Assembly (NCBI GenBank): GCA_963760315.1
Contig: CAVXCK010000007.1
Span: forward strand, 268,481 to 332,480
Length of the DNA: 64,000 nucleotides
Source: an uncultured Chloroflexia bacterium
GTDB taxonomy: Bacteria > Chloroflexota > Anaerolineae > Anaerolineales > Villigracilaceae
Direction: 5' to 3'
The translations under genes were made by a program, and so were the position numbers. The notes below the pieces were generated by a model that saw nothing but the letters and a program-made list of their open reading frames with translations, was not told the origin of the DNA and did no database searches. Of this stretch, positions 53,152-64,000 are shown piece after piece (within the stretch, counting starts at the first letter, position 1; each line of letters begins with the position of its first letter).

Positions 53152-53771
53152 CTATATCGGCCAGTGAGCTCCGGTTCCCAGCCACAGTTCGTATAGGCCA
53201 AAACATGCCAGTGCAATAGCCGAGACACCTATCAGCACCCTGCTTACCCGCGGGCCGAGATTCTTTGCTGTCGAAAAAAGCAGCATGATCCCCAGCGTGA
53301 CGAGTATTAGGGTGGTATAAAATCCTATCATCAACGCAATCCCGTTGGCGGGGGACTCACGCCACCCCTTTACCAGTAGCGGACCCATGACCAGGCTCCA
53401 GCCAATGTATGGAGCAGGGTTCAGCAGGTTCACCATGGCGGCTTTAAGGATGGTTTGTCGGTTGGATTGGACTTGAACCGCTTTCTTGATGTCGAAGTCC
53501 CGCCAGGTTTTGTATGCACTGAAGGCCAGGTACAGGAGGAAACTCCGCCTGCACATTGTAAAACTTGTACCAGCCAACCGGGCATGTTGCTCAATACCAA
53601 TAATACCAATATGATAATTGGCCCGTCGCTGAGCAAAGGAGCGAACGCAGCTGGAATCGTGCGGCGCCAGCCATTCGCCAGGGTTTGGGAGATGAGATAG
53701 GTTTGGAGAGGTCCGGGCTGTACCGCAGCCGCAAAGGCATAAGTCATTCCCAGGATCAGGTAACCCGGCAT
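53152..53771 (-). pseudogene. LysE/RhtB-family amino-acid exporter, one frameshift near 53560
   Basis: N-terminal piece 53430..53771 (AFAAAVQPGPLQTYLISQT) and C-terminal piece 53152..53577 (NLLNPAPYIGW). Multi-TM protein. Confidence 0.65.
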
Positions 53772-53908
53772 AAGGATATTTGTCCTTGTTGATATCTTAT
53801 TGGTGTGCTGAACTCAATACAACTTTTATGGTACTCTTTTGAAGGATGGCATTGGTGGGGTACTTCCAGAGCATACCTTTCTCGGTACGTTGGTGGGGTC
53901 CGGAAGAC

Positions 53909-54566
53909 TTAAAAACCCAACTCTTCCTTCACAAGGATCATCGTAATGCGGCCGGGGCGAAACTCTCGGTTAACGATTAATACTTTGTTCACACTGGTAC
54001 CCACGTTATAAAGCTGCCGCATGTGTTCCTCTTCGAGAGGCTGGCAATACTCCTGGATGCGTCGCAATCCTTCGTTGAGATCTTTAACGATCTTCTGGGA
54101 GCCAACCACCCAGATCACCTTGCCAGCACCCATGGCGTAGGGTCCAAGCTGACTGCCTGTATTGGAAGCGATCATGACATGACCATCTTCAGTCACCGCC
54201 TGCACACTCCCTGCGGCATAATCAGGAGCGCCCCCCAGCTTGCGGATCTCTCTTCCTTGTGTCTCGCGGTTCATTGCAAATATCTTTGGTCGTAAGGCGT
54301 CAAACCGTCCTGACTTATCTATTTCATTCTCTGATCCCCAATTTTTCCATTGTTACGGAAGCGCCAAGAAAAACTTCCGCTCCATCCGGGATCAATTCAA
54401 AGAATATTCGTTTTGCCTCACCACTCTCCTTGGCGATAATTGAATGAATATTATTTCCTTCCAGTGCCTGGGCAGTACGTATGATCTGCTTATCAGATGC
54501 CAATTTTGAAAATTTTATATTGAGAGTATTAGGGCTGTCTCCTGACATGATAAACCTCCATTCCAT
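53909..54566 (-). pseudogene. LUD-domain (LutC/YkgG-like, DUF162) protein, one frameshift near 54290
   Basis: The two pieces 54324..54566 and 53909..54274 are in different frames. The pattern (ELIPDGAEVFLGASVT...ASNTGSQL...KVIWVVGSQKIV) is as remembered for the LUD domain. Confidence 0.55.
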
Positions 54567-54740
54567 AATTTGGACTGCGCCAAAGGGGATTTCTTATACA
54601 AACAATGTCCAGCGTTTAACCGTCTGGTTGATTCTCCCCGAAGGAAATCGCGCCTGCGTCAGGACCGCAAGACTACTTCCCAGCGTCAAATACTTTACCG
54701 CATTGATATCCTCACCAGGCAAGATCTTAATCGATCAGGT

Positions 54741-55403
54741 CTATCCGACCACCCCATTCCATAACACGACGGTGGAAAGAATATAGAAAACGAACAGAAC
54801 GATATTGTCGTAAGAGTCATTGACGATCTCTCGCAGGTGCCCTTTCAATATTCGCGTGACAGGTTTTTTAAACAGATAGATAACGATCGGCAGGAATACT
54901 GCCATCCATCTTGGATACATGGATTGTCCTGTCACGATTCCATAAAGCATCATCATGCTGGAGATAGCCACCGGTATATAGGTGATATACATCACCCGCT
55001 GAAAAAAGGCATTCCCCAGTTTACCGCCCAATTCTGCATCCGATCCAAGTTGGGCGGCAGCTCCGGCTCCGGCGGCAATGGCAAAGTAGGCAGTATGCCC
55101 TATTCCATAACAGATGCTTGTAGCAGTAAAAGCAAGCAGGAAAATAAACGCAAAAACATCTCCGGCTGGCCGAAAAGCGAGATACACATGCAATGAGGCG
55201 AAGGTGTAGAACCAACAACCGAACAGACCCAGGGTGCCAGCGGAAATCAATCGCACTCCTGGCATCTTGCTCATTTTTAGTGCGGGGCTATCTTTGGAAC
55301 CGGGGATATGGTCGAATAAAAGGTCACCCAGGATGAAAAGGATTGAACCGAAAATACCTGTTATCCCGAATGATCGTAAAGCCCAGGTAGTTAAGAGGAA
55401 CAT
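54741..55403 (-). CDS. hypothetical integral membrane protein (about 6 TM)
   Basis: Intact 220-aa ORF with strongly hydrophobic segments. I recognise no family. Confidence 0.4.
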   Translation of the reverse strand: MFLLTTWALRSFGITGIFGSILFILGDLLFDHIPGSKDSPALKMSKMPGVRLISAGTLGLFGCWFYTFASLHVYLAFRPAGDVFAFIFLLAFTATSICYGIGHTAYFAIAAGAGAAAQLGSDAELGGKLGNAFFQRVMYITYIPVAISSMMMLYGIVTGQSMYPRWMAVFLPIVIYLFKKPVTRILKGHLREIVNDSYDNIVLFVFYILSTVVLWNGVVG

Positions 55404-55500
55404 CTACCCTCCTTCGAGCCGTTCAACCAATTACTCAACTACCATCCACCGGGTGTATTTTATTCTCGATTGAACTTCACGGATAGGATCTCTCTGGCAA

Positions 55501-56495
55501 CTAAAAGGGTGAGTTGAAAAGCCAGGTACCTCGTCCGGAGTCATAGAACAGATAGAACCTCTGGTTGCTGCTGGTCACCGGTCCGCTGCGATAATTGAAG
55601 ATCAAACCTACCATGACGACTGCGTTCGTGGCAGTCTGGCTCTCAATGCTGACACCGGAAATATCAAGGCGGCTGACTCCAGTCCAGAAAGTCACATAAT
55701 CAGCATAACTGTTATGGTTCACGTTGGTTTTGAAGCGATCGGTCAGCAAGGACCAGGTGAAACTGATAGTTACCAGCATTGATATTTGCAAAGTAGTCAT
55801 AGATGAATTGCCCAGGGGTTTGCAAGCCGGCTGGCGGGGTAGGCGGAGTGGCAAGCGGAGTGAAGGAATTGAACAACCAGGTACTCCGGTTGTAGTCATA
55901 GATCAGGTTGAATGTTTGTAGATTGGAGGTTATCACGCCGTTCTGATAAGTGTACTGCATGTTGACAACCACCACCGCATAGCCCCCGCCCTGGCTGGTG
56001 ACAGACACACCATAGATGTCCACCCGCTGAACGGTGTCCCAGAAATTCGCATACCCCAGAAAGCCTCCCTCGCCGGCCCCATTAACGGCGTACTTAAAAA
56101 TTATCCGAGAGCAGGGACCAGGTGAGCTGATAATTCCGCTGATTGATATAGCTGTAGTAATAGCGGATGAATTGGTCCGGGTACTGGGGTGAGTAGGCCG
56201 GAACCGCGGTCGGTAGCAGCACTATTGCTGTCGAGGCCAGGGTCGGGATCTGTGATGAGGTTGGCACGGACGTATCGGTTGGGGTGGGAGTGGACGGCAG
56301 CGAGGTGCTGGTGGGCAGGATCGCGATGGGGGTGTTGGTTGGCGGAATGGGGCTCGGCAACGCGGTAAGGGTTTGGACGGCTCCTGTTTGCACCATTCTG
56401 GTATCGGGTGTGGATGGTAAGGCCAATGTGCAGGCTGACAGCAGGAGTAAAGTCGTCATTAAACCCAGAATTTTATTTGTCATGGTCACTCTCAC
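55501..56495 (-). pseudogene. secreted lipoprotein with PT-rich linker and two tandem ~120-aa uncharacterised domains, at least 2 frame changes
   Basis: Signal and lipobox (LLLLSAC) and a PT-rich linker. The repeated pattern QFI.YY..IN..NYQ..W.LL.D.F ... FW..V.R.DI.GVS...Q ... F.L.YD..R.TWLFNS occurs twice across pieces 56094..56495, 55712..56023 and 55501..55899. Confidence 0.45.
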
Positions 56496-56883
56496 TTTTG
56501 GTTAGCACAACAGATGAATGGTCAGAAAGGGAACAGTTTATTCATATTGATTATATTACCTATTTCAATAGAGCGCCCTTATTTTTCCATACTCTTAATA
56601 GACGTAAAAACCACCTTATTTGTGCCCATTTTTAAGCCGTTATGGAATTCTACTATCTCATTCACGCACAATTCCGATTGTTCAGTATCCATAGAACAAT
56701 TATACTCCTGTCAGGTTATTGTCCGGAAACCAGGTGCAAGCTGAACGAAAATGAGCACCTCGATCGCGGAAAAATCATCCTGTATATAAGCAACCCACCC
56801 TGCCCCTGCCTATGGAAAAATGATCCTTGGCAATCGATACTAAATTGAAATGGTTTGTTCACGAATCCGGTTCGCAGGCCAAA

Positions 56884-57414
56884 TCAGCCATCCTGTTCCT
56901 GTATGGGTAGTCTCTCAACGGATGATTTCGGCAACCCCAATTTGAAGACCTGCAGGAATTCCATTGCCTTGCTCCTGATCTGCCTGAAAATGGCAGGAGT
57001 CCCGGAATCGCCCCGTTCGACATGCAAAACATGCTCAGCAGACTGGTCGAAATGAGCAAAACCTCCACGCTCAACGGTCGGGGTCATATGGTCGGGCTGA
57101 AAATAGGCGGTTGGATGGCATTTAGGAGGTTGCAGACTGATCTCCGAATGAGTATAGCATCGCAAAGGAAAATCCACAATTATAAACAGATAGTGACCAT
57201 TCCCAAAAACTGGCAGGGGAAAGTGCAGGTTGTATATTAGCACATCTGTGCTATAATAATCTTGCAAAAAGGAAATGCTATCTTCCATTCGGCGTTCGAT
57301 TTTCTCGAGCCTGATTAAAGGGTCAATAAATGGATTATTTCTCTTGTGTAATACGAGACACAACCCACATTCCCCAGAGTTATGGTAGGGACACACAACC
57401 TTACCTCCAGTCAC
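56884..57414 (-). CDS. orphan hypothetical protein (N-terminal CPYHNSGECGLC cysteine cluster)
   Basis: Intact 176-aa ORF in a visibly AT-rich stretch. No recognisable family, so it may not be a real gene. Confidence 0.3.
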   Translation of the reverse strand: MTGGKVVCPYHNSGECGLCLVLHKRNNPFIDPLIRLEKIERRMEDSISFLQDYYSTDVLIYNLHFPLPVFGNGHYLFIIVDFPLRCYTHSEISLQPPKCHPTAYFQPDHMTPTVERGGFAHFDQSAEHVLHVERGDSGTPAIFRQIRSKAMEFLQVFKLGLPKSSVERLPIQEQDG

Positions 57415-57871
57415 GACCTCGCCGCGTCCTTCCGCATGAGGGTTGCATCTTACCTGCCAGGCACATCGTTCTCGCAGGGAATTCGTTCCGCGTTGTTTCG
57501 AAAAAAAGTGACATTTATTCAGATCGCACGTATTTGCTCTTTGCCGCTGCCCCTGTCGTCTTGTCTCCCCATCTCTCTTTTTGGAACATTACCACGCCAA
57601 ATTATTCCCCCGTGGGAGAAAAGTCCCGGTTTTTATTTCTAGGATGAAGTTGCTTTTATTTCATTCCTCAAGAAGCAACCTGCCAAGACGGCGTTCTGGT
57701 AGCATCTCTGCGGGACAAGCCGCCGCCGGCTTTCTCGTGCTTTAAGACGCTGGACTCGTCCCTGAATGGAATGACATCCCTATAAGGGAAAGTCTCCTGA
57801 ATGAAGAAATGGGTGTCACTAAACCAGTTCCTGTGCATCCAATAAATGATATTATTAACTTTGAGGCATCC

Positions 57872-58834
<963 letters not shown>

Positions 58835-58986
58835 TGTTTCAGAAAAGATATAGATTGAGGCGGCAGTGGAATTGCCGCTCATATATATTTAAGATATTTA
58901 TATGATAAGTGTGTGACAAAGAGTACTATCATTATAAGGTTTATTTTGTAGTATAAATCTAATAACCCTATGCCTAAGGAGGAACA

Positions 58987-59925
58987 ATGACTGCGAAAAT
59001 TTCCATTATCGGAGCCGGAATGACCGGCTCGACCACTGCTCATTGGCTGGCGGAGCGGGAAATCGCCGACCTGGTGCTGGTGGATATTATCGAGGGCATG
59101 CCGCAGGGCAAGGCGCTCGACCTGTTGGAATCCCTGCCGATCATCGGCAAGGATGTGTCGGTGGTGGGGAGCAACGATTTCGAGGCCACCAAGGGATCGG
59201 ATATCGTGGTCATCACCGCCGGTATCCCGCGCAAGCCGGGTATGAGCCGTGAAGACCTGCTGACGACCAATGCCAAGATCGTCGGCGATGCGACCACCAG
59301 TGCGCTCAAATATTCGCCGGATGCGATATTCATCGTGTTGACCAATCCGCTGGATACGATGGCGTACCTGGCGATGAAAATTGGCAAACTTCCGCGCGAG
59401 CGCATCCTCGGGCAGGCCGGCATCCTGGATTCAGCGCGTATGCGTGCCTTTGTGGCGCTGGAGACGGGCGTCAGCGTGGAAAACATTGACTGCTATGTGC
59501 TCGGCGGCCACGGCGACGAGATGGTCCCGTTAACCGGCCGCTCGAATATCGCCGGTGTATCGTTGCGGGAATATCTGCCTGCCGAAAAACTGGAGGCCAT
59601 TGTCAACCGGACGCGCAAGGGCGGCGGCGAGATTGTCAGCCTGCTCAAGACCGGTTCAGCCTATTATGCCCCGGCGGTGGCCGTGGCGCAAATGGCCGAG
59701 GCAATCCTGAAAGATAAGCACCTGATCGTCCCTGCTTCTGCATATCTGAAGGGCGAATATGGACTGAAGGATATGTTCTTTGGCGTGCCGGTGCAATTGG
59801 GACGCGGCGGCTTGGAAAAGGTCATTGAATATAAACTCGATGCAGATGAAAAGGCTGCGTTGGAAAAATCCGCAGCGGCGGTCAAGGAAAGCATCGGCGT
59901 ATTGCAAACGCTGGTCAAAATCTAG
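58987..59925 (+). CDS. mdh: malate dehydrogenase (LDH-like MDH)
   Basis: Intact 312-aa ORF with KISIIGAGMTGSTTA, ITAGIPRKPGMSREDL and LGGHGD. RBS AAGGAGG lies upstream. Confidence 0.92.
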   Translation: MTAKISIIGAGMTGSTTAHWLAEREIADLVLVDIIEGMPQGKALDLLESLPIIGKDVSVVGSNDFEATKGSDIVVITAGIPRKPGMSREDLLTTNAKIVGDATTSALKYSPDAIFIVLTNPLDTMAYLAMKIGKLPRERILGQAGILDSARMRAFVALETGVSVENIDCYVLGGHGDEMVPLTGRSNIAGVSLREYLPAEKLEAIVNRTRKGGGEIVSLLKTGSAYYAPAVAVAQMAEAILKDKHLIVPASAYLKGEYGLKDMFFGVPVQLGRGGLEKVIEYKLDADEKAALEKSAAAVKESIGVLQTLVKI

Positions 59926-59961
59926 TGCCATTGCGGGGCTCCTCGCAACGACACCCGGAAA

Positions 59962-61276
59962 ATGGAGGCTAAAATGATTCTGCACGAGAAACTCTCAGCC
60001 CAACTTCCCGCCTGGCGGGAACGTGTCAAGACACTGGTCAAGGAACACGGCGAGACAGTCATTGACCAGGTGACCATCGGCCAGGTCTACGGCGGGATGC
60101 GCGACATCAAGTCCATGGTGACGGACATCTCTTTCGTCGACCCGGCAACCGGCATCAAATTCCGGGGCATGTCCATCCCCGAAGTGTTGGAGAAACTCCC
60201 CAAGCCCGACGGGGCAGCCATTCCCTATGTTGGCGGGTTGTTTTATCTCCTGCTTATCGGCGAAATTCCCACCAAAGCCCAGGCCGAGGAAGTGGAAGCC
60301 GAATGGGCGAAACGGTCCGCCGTCCCTGCCCATGTATTTACCATGCTGCGCTCCATGCCGAAGGACACGCACCCGATGGTGCTGTTCTCGCAGGCAGTGC
60401 TGGCATTGCAGAGTGGTTCGAAGTTTGCCAAAGCCTATCATGCAGGCGTCAAGAAAGACATGTACTGGGAATCGACCCTGGAAGATGCCTCGACCTGACC
60501 GCCAAACTGCCGGCCATTGCGGCATTCATCTACCGGCTGAAATACGGCGACGGAAAAGAGCCGAAATACGATCCGAAACTGGATTATGGCGCCAATTTTG
60601 CCACGAATGCTCGGTGTCAAGGATGCAGAAGGGCTATGCCGAACTCTCCCGCCTGTACTTCATCCTGCACTCCGACCATGAGTCTGGCAACGTCAGCGCC
60701 CACACCACGCACCTGGCCGGCTCGGCGCTCTCGGACGCCTATTACGCCTTCTCGGCTGGCCTCAATGGTCTGGCTGGACCGTTGCATGGGCTTGCCAACC
60801 AGGAGTGCCTGGGCTGGTTGATCGATGTGCGCGACAAGTTTGGCGGCGTCCCCCCTCGCGAAGAACTGTACAAATTCGCCTGGGACACGCTCAATGGCGG
60901 CAAGGTCATTCCCGGTTACGGGCATGCAGTCCTGCGCGTCACCGACCCGCGCTTCACCGCGCAACTCGAATTTGCCAAAGCCCGCTTCCCGGAGGACACT
61001 CTCATCCGCCTGGCGGAACTGGTTTATGATGTGGTTCCGGCGGTGCTCAAGGAACAGGGCAAAGCCAAGAACCCGGCTCCCAATGTGGATGCCATCTCTG
61101 GCACACTGCAATATTATTATGGCGTCCGTGAGTTCGACTTCTACACTGTGTTGTTCGGTGTTGGGCGTGCCCTGGGCGTGATGCCCAACCTGGTTTGGGC
61201 GCGCGCTCTGGGTCAACCCATCGAACGGCCCAAGTCACTGACAACGGCGATGCTGGAAGAATTGGCGAAGAAGTAA
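59962..61276 (+). pseudogene. gltA: citrate synthase, 2 frame changes (near 60490 and 60610)
   Basis: Pieces 59962..60498, 60303..60821 and 60227..61276. Catalytic-region motifs [22 protein letters not shown] and NVDAISG. Confidence 0.85.
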
Positions 61277-61320
61277 CCGCTCCTGCTACGCTTGTTGAAG
61301 ATTGACACCTAGGATTAATA

Positions 61321-61359
61321 AAAGCTTCCGAAGATCACTTGATTTCGGAAGCTTTTTTT
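61321..61359. terminator. strong bidirectional Rho-independent terminator (citrate synthase / mgsA convergent pair)
   Basis: 12-bp perfect stem AAAGCTTCCGAA / TTCGGAAGCTTT with an 11-nt loop, followed by a T-run to 61359. An A/T-rich flank is present on the other strand. Confidence 0.8.
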
Positions 61360-61398
61360 ATATTCGGATAAGCATGAGCCGATTAGGATATTCGACTA

Positions 61399-61854
61399 TT
61401 AATCCAGCGGATGACGACTGGAAGCATATCGTTCCAGATCTGGTGTGGGATGTTCATACTCCTGTCCCATCAGCGGTGACGAGATAATGAAATCTGCCGT
61501 GGACCGGTTGCAGGCAGTGGGAATGTTATAAAGAACAGCCAGGCGCAGCAAGGCTTTGATGTCGGGGTCATGGGGTTGGGGTTCAAGGGCGTCCCAGAAG
61601 AAGATAAGCATATCAATCGTGTTCTCAGCGATGGCAGCGCCGGCTTGCTGGTCACCTCCCAGAGGCCCGGAAAAGAAGCGGGTGATCGGGAGATCCAATT
61701 CCCTCGCCAGCAGGTCACCGGTTGTGCCCGTGGCGAACAGGAAGTGGTGTGACAATGTCTCGCGATTGAAGCGCGCCCAATCCAGCAAGTTCGGCTTTTT
61801 GTTGTCGTGAGCCACCAGGGCAATGCGTTTTTTTTCGGCAATCACTTTCATCAT
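61399..61854 (-). CDS. mgsA: methylglyoxal synthase
   Basis: Intact 151-aa ORF with IALVAHDNKK, ATGTTG, GPLGGDQQ and DPxxxQPHxxD. Confidence 0.92.
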   Translation of the reverse strand: MMKVIAEKKRIALVAHDNKKPNLLDWARFNRETLSHHFLFATGTTGDLLARELDLPITRFFSGPLGGDQQAGAAIAENTIDMLIFFWDALEPQPHDPDIKALLRLAVLYNIPTACNRSTADFIISSPLMGQEYEHPTPDLERYASSRHPLD

Positions 61855-61864
61855 GGATCTCCTC

Positions 61865-62649
61865 TTATGACTTGACAGCGCGGGTGGCGATGTAGGCCGG
61901 GTGATACTTGCTGAGAGGTGAATCGGGGCAGATATCTTCGTAAAAACCAGTGATAGCGAACCCAGCGTCGGTCTGACCGGCGATCAAGTCGGTGAGACTG
62001 TGACCGAATTCGAGCGGGATGCCTTCTTCGATGCAGATGTCCAATTCTTCAGGTTCCATATCATTCAGGTCGGAATACGGAATGGCATATCTGACTTGCA
62101 GGGTTTTCTGTTCGTCGGCGTGCGTACCAAACATGTAGTAGATGGGGTTGGCAAAACCAGCCAACAGCAAGCCGCCATGCCGGAGGACGCGGAATGCTTC
62201 CCGCCATACCGGGCGGACTTCGGGACAGAAGACGTTGGAGACCGGATGGAAGACCAGGTCGAAGGCTTCATCCGTAAAAGCGGACAGATCGCGCATGTCA
62301 CCTTCAACGGTGCGGATGTTCAATCCCTCGCGAGCAGCTACCTGGCGGTCGCGCTCCAATTGCGCTGGGGAATTGTCGAAGATGGTGACATTGTGCCCCC
62401 AGGGCGGCGAAAACCGGACCCTGTTGCCCACCACCGCAAGCCAGACCGAGCAGGTTCAGTCCTTTGAAAGGTGGGAACCATTCGCGCGGCACAGGTTTGG
62501 TCTCGGTCAGCAGGACAGAAAATTCACCTTTACGGGCGGCGGCAATGGTCTGCGGATCAACAGGGATGGTGAATTTATTGTTGATTATCCACCTGGCGGT
62601 TCCAAGCATAGCGATTATAATCGCGCACATTGAGGGTTGGTTTGGGCAT
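61865..62649 (-). pseudogene. class I SAM-dependent methyltransferase (type 11), at least 2 frame changes
   Basis: Reconstructed N-terminus [22 protein letters not shown] / [23 protein letters not shown] motif [13 protein letters not shown], and a C-terminal piece 61865..62434. Confidence 0.75.
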
Positions 62650-62679
62650 CACTTTCTCCACTGGTCATTATACACCGGC

Positions 62680-62710
62680 AAAAAAATCCCCCGCGAAGGG
62701 TCTCGCGGGG
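62680..62710 (-). terminator. Rho-independent terminator downstream of the LysM gene
   Basis: On the minus strand, CCCCGCGA gaccct TCGCGGGG is followed by seven T (complement of 62680..62686). Confidence 0.75.
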
Positions 62711-62734
62711 AACGTGTTTCATGATTTCTGAATG

Positions 62735-63888
62735 CTATTTTGTCGGCGTGGCGATCAGGCCCAGCGCCGCTCCAACCAAAGACGCGCATTGCAGAAGCTG
62801 CCCCGGCAGTGGACCAGATTGGATTACCCTGATCATCCGTACCGGTCTGGCGGACGGCTACCACCCACCAGCGCATAATAGATGAACTGTTATCCTGCGG
62901 GCGGAAAGTCACAGGGACGATGAACTTGGTGTCGGTCACGTACTGGGTCAACTTACGTCCGGTCCCTCCGGTGACAACTTCGATCGTCACCTGGTAACGC
63001 TCATTATCGCGCAGAGCACCCACCGATGCCCATTGAAGAGTCACGGTGTCGGCCGCCAGGGTAAATGCTTCGCCATCCGCAGGCAGGAGCAGGTTGGGAG
63101 CTGGATAAGGTGGCGGCGTAGTTGGTGTGGGGCTGGGTCCTGGTGTGGCGGAGCGCATACACAGAGGGATGATCAATTGCGTATCGATGAAGACGTTATC
63201 TGTGCTCAGCCCGTTCCATTCTTTGATGGCTTGCATCGAGACGCCATAATTGATGGCAATGGTGCTAAGTGTGTCGTTTGCCTTGACAGTGTATAGAGCG
63301 GTCTGTGCAGGCGGCGCGGGTTGCAGCGGCTGGTTCCAAGCTAGCGGTGGGGGCGGGTGGTGGTGTGGGTGTGGGACGCGGTACCTTGATGATTTGTCCT
63401 ACTTGCAGATCCGTGCAAGTGCTGTTCAAATTGTTCAAACTAACAATGGCTGGCACTGAGGAACCATACAGAAGAGCAATGGAGATGCAATAGTCACCCG
63501 CTCTTGACAGTATATTCGATAGGCGGCTCGGGTGTTAACGTAGGCGTCTCGGTCGGGACTGAGAGTCTCGGTAGGCGTGGGGGTGACCGTGACCGTTACG
63601 GTGGGGCTTGGGATAGCTGTACTATCCGGAAGTCTTGCCAGTGCCTTTCAATGTGATGTACAATGCCAATGCACCAACAACCAGCAAGACTGCCAGTAAT
63701 CCCAACGCGACAGGCAGACTCAGGGTAACTTCTGGCATACGTGCCCCCTGGACGTTTTTTTCTGATTTTGCTTTTGGCTTGGGGGTGGCGTTGAATTCGC
63801 TACCGCATACAACACAACGAGAGGCATTTTCCGCCAGTCGCGTGCCACAGGTGGGGCAGAGTTTTGTAGGGGTTGTTTCAGGACTCAT
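62735..63888 (-). pseudogene. membrane-anchored protein: N-terminal zinc-ribbon, one TM helix, PT-rich linkers, two LysM domains and a C-terminal beta-rich domain; at least 3 frame changes, 3' end uncertain
   Basis: CPTCGTRL...CVVCG zinc ribbon plus TM (63622..63888). LysM-like YTVKSGDYCISIA...LQVGQIIKVP and YTVKANDTLSTIA...MQAIKEWNGL...LIIP are read across frames. The alternative-frame stop TAG at 62735..62737 precedes the terminator. Confidence 0.65.
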
Positions 63889-64000
63889 AGTTTGGGGATT
63901 ATACCATGAGGAGAAATGGCAAAAGAGTTATAGGTATAGGATTGGCCATGGATAGGGAATTACGTCTGTTCTTCCTGTTTCCCCGGGAATTGCTGCGGCA

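Noticed and set aside
53780-57871. The lower-GC segment as a mobile element or prophage remnant.
   Set aside because: I could find no integrase, transposase, tRNA attachment site or terminal inverted/direct repeats. It is kept only as a compositional oddity in the findings.

Overview
This is a 64-kb bacterial chromosomal segment, mid-to-high GC by eye, with no rRNA, tRNA, CRISPR array or recognisable transposase/integrase. PT-rich linkers and the gene content suggest a Chloroflexota/Anaerolineae-like organism, but that is a weak inference. I count about 52 protein genes in four blocks. (1) 0.5-6.4 kb holds corrinoid-maintenance genes (RACo-type reductive activator, MetH-activation-like protein, URO-D-like gene) plus small enzymes. 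(2) 6.7-23.7 kb is a beta-glucan/cellodextrin utilisation locus: GH130, a LacI regulator with a perfect CelR/CebR-type operator, a sugar ABC importer, GH16, two GH3 and two tandem GH94 phosphorylases. (3) 23.7-37.9 kb is mixed housekeeping (hypF, RR-HD-GYP, smpB, queA, udg, pdp, ndk, a large TPR protein). (4) 38.0-53.1 kb is a roughly 15-kb co-directional locus, the most interesting system here. It combines three non-pyrrolysine MttB-family methyltransferases, a corrinoid protein and a pterin-binding methyltransferase with an Opp/Dpp-type ABC importer, an S9 peptidase and an M20 amidohydrolase. After that come a lower-GC stretch of uncharacterised membrane/secreted proteins (53.8-57.8 kb) and central-metabolism genes (trxB, mdh, citrate synthase, mgsA). 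Main caveat: about 29 of the 52 genes can only be read as full-length proteins by joining ORF pieces across frameshifts, and two also carry in-frame stops. The lesions are patchy and hit housekeeping genes, so I think most are indel errors in the sequence rather than real pseudogenes, but this cannot be proven from the window. All coordinates of disrupted genes are reconstructed outer boundaries.
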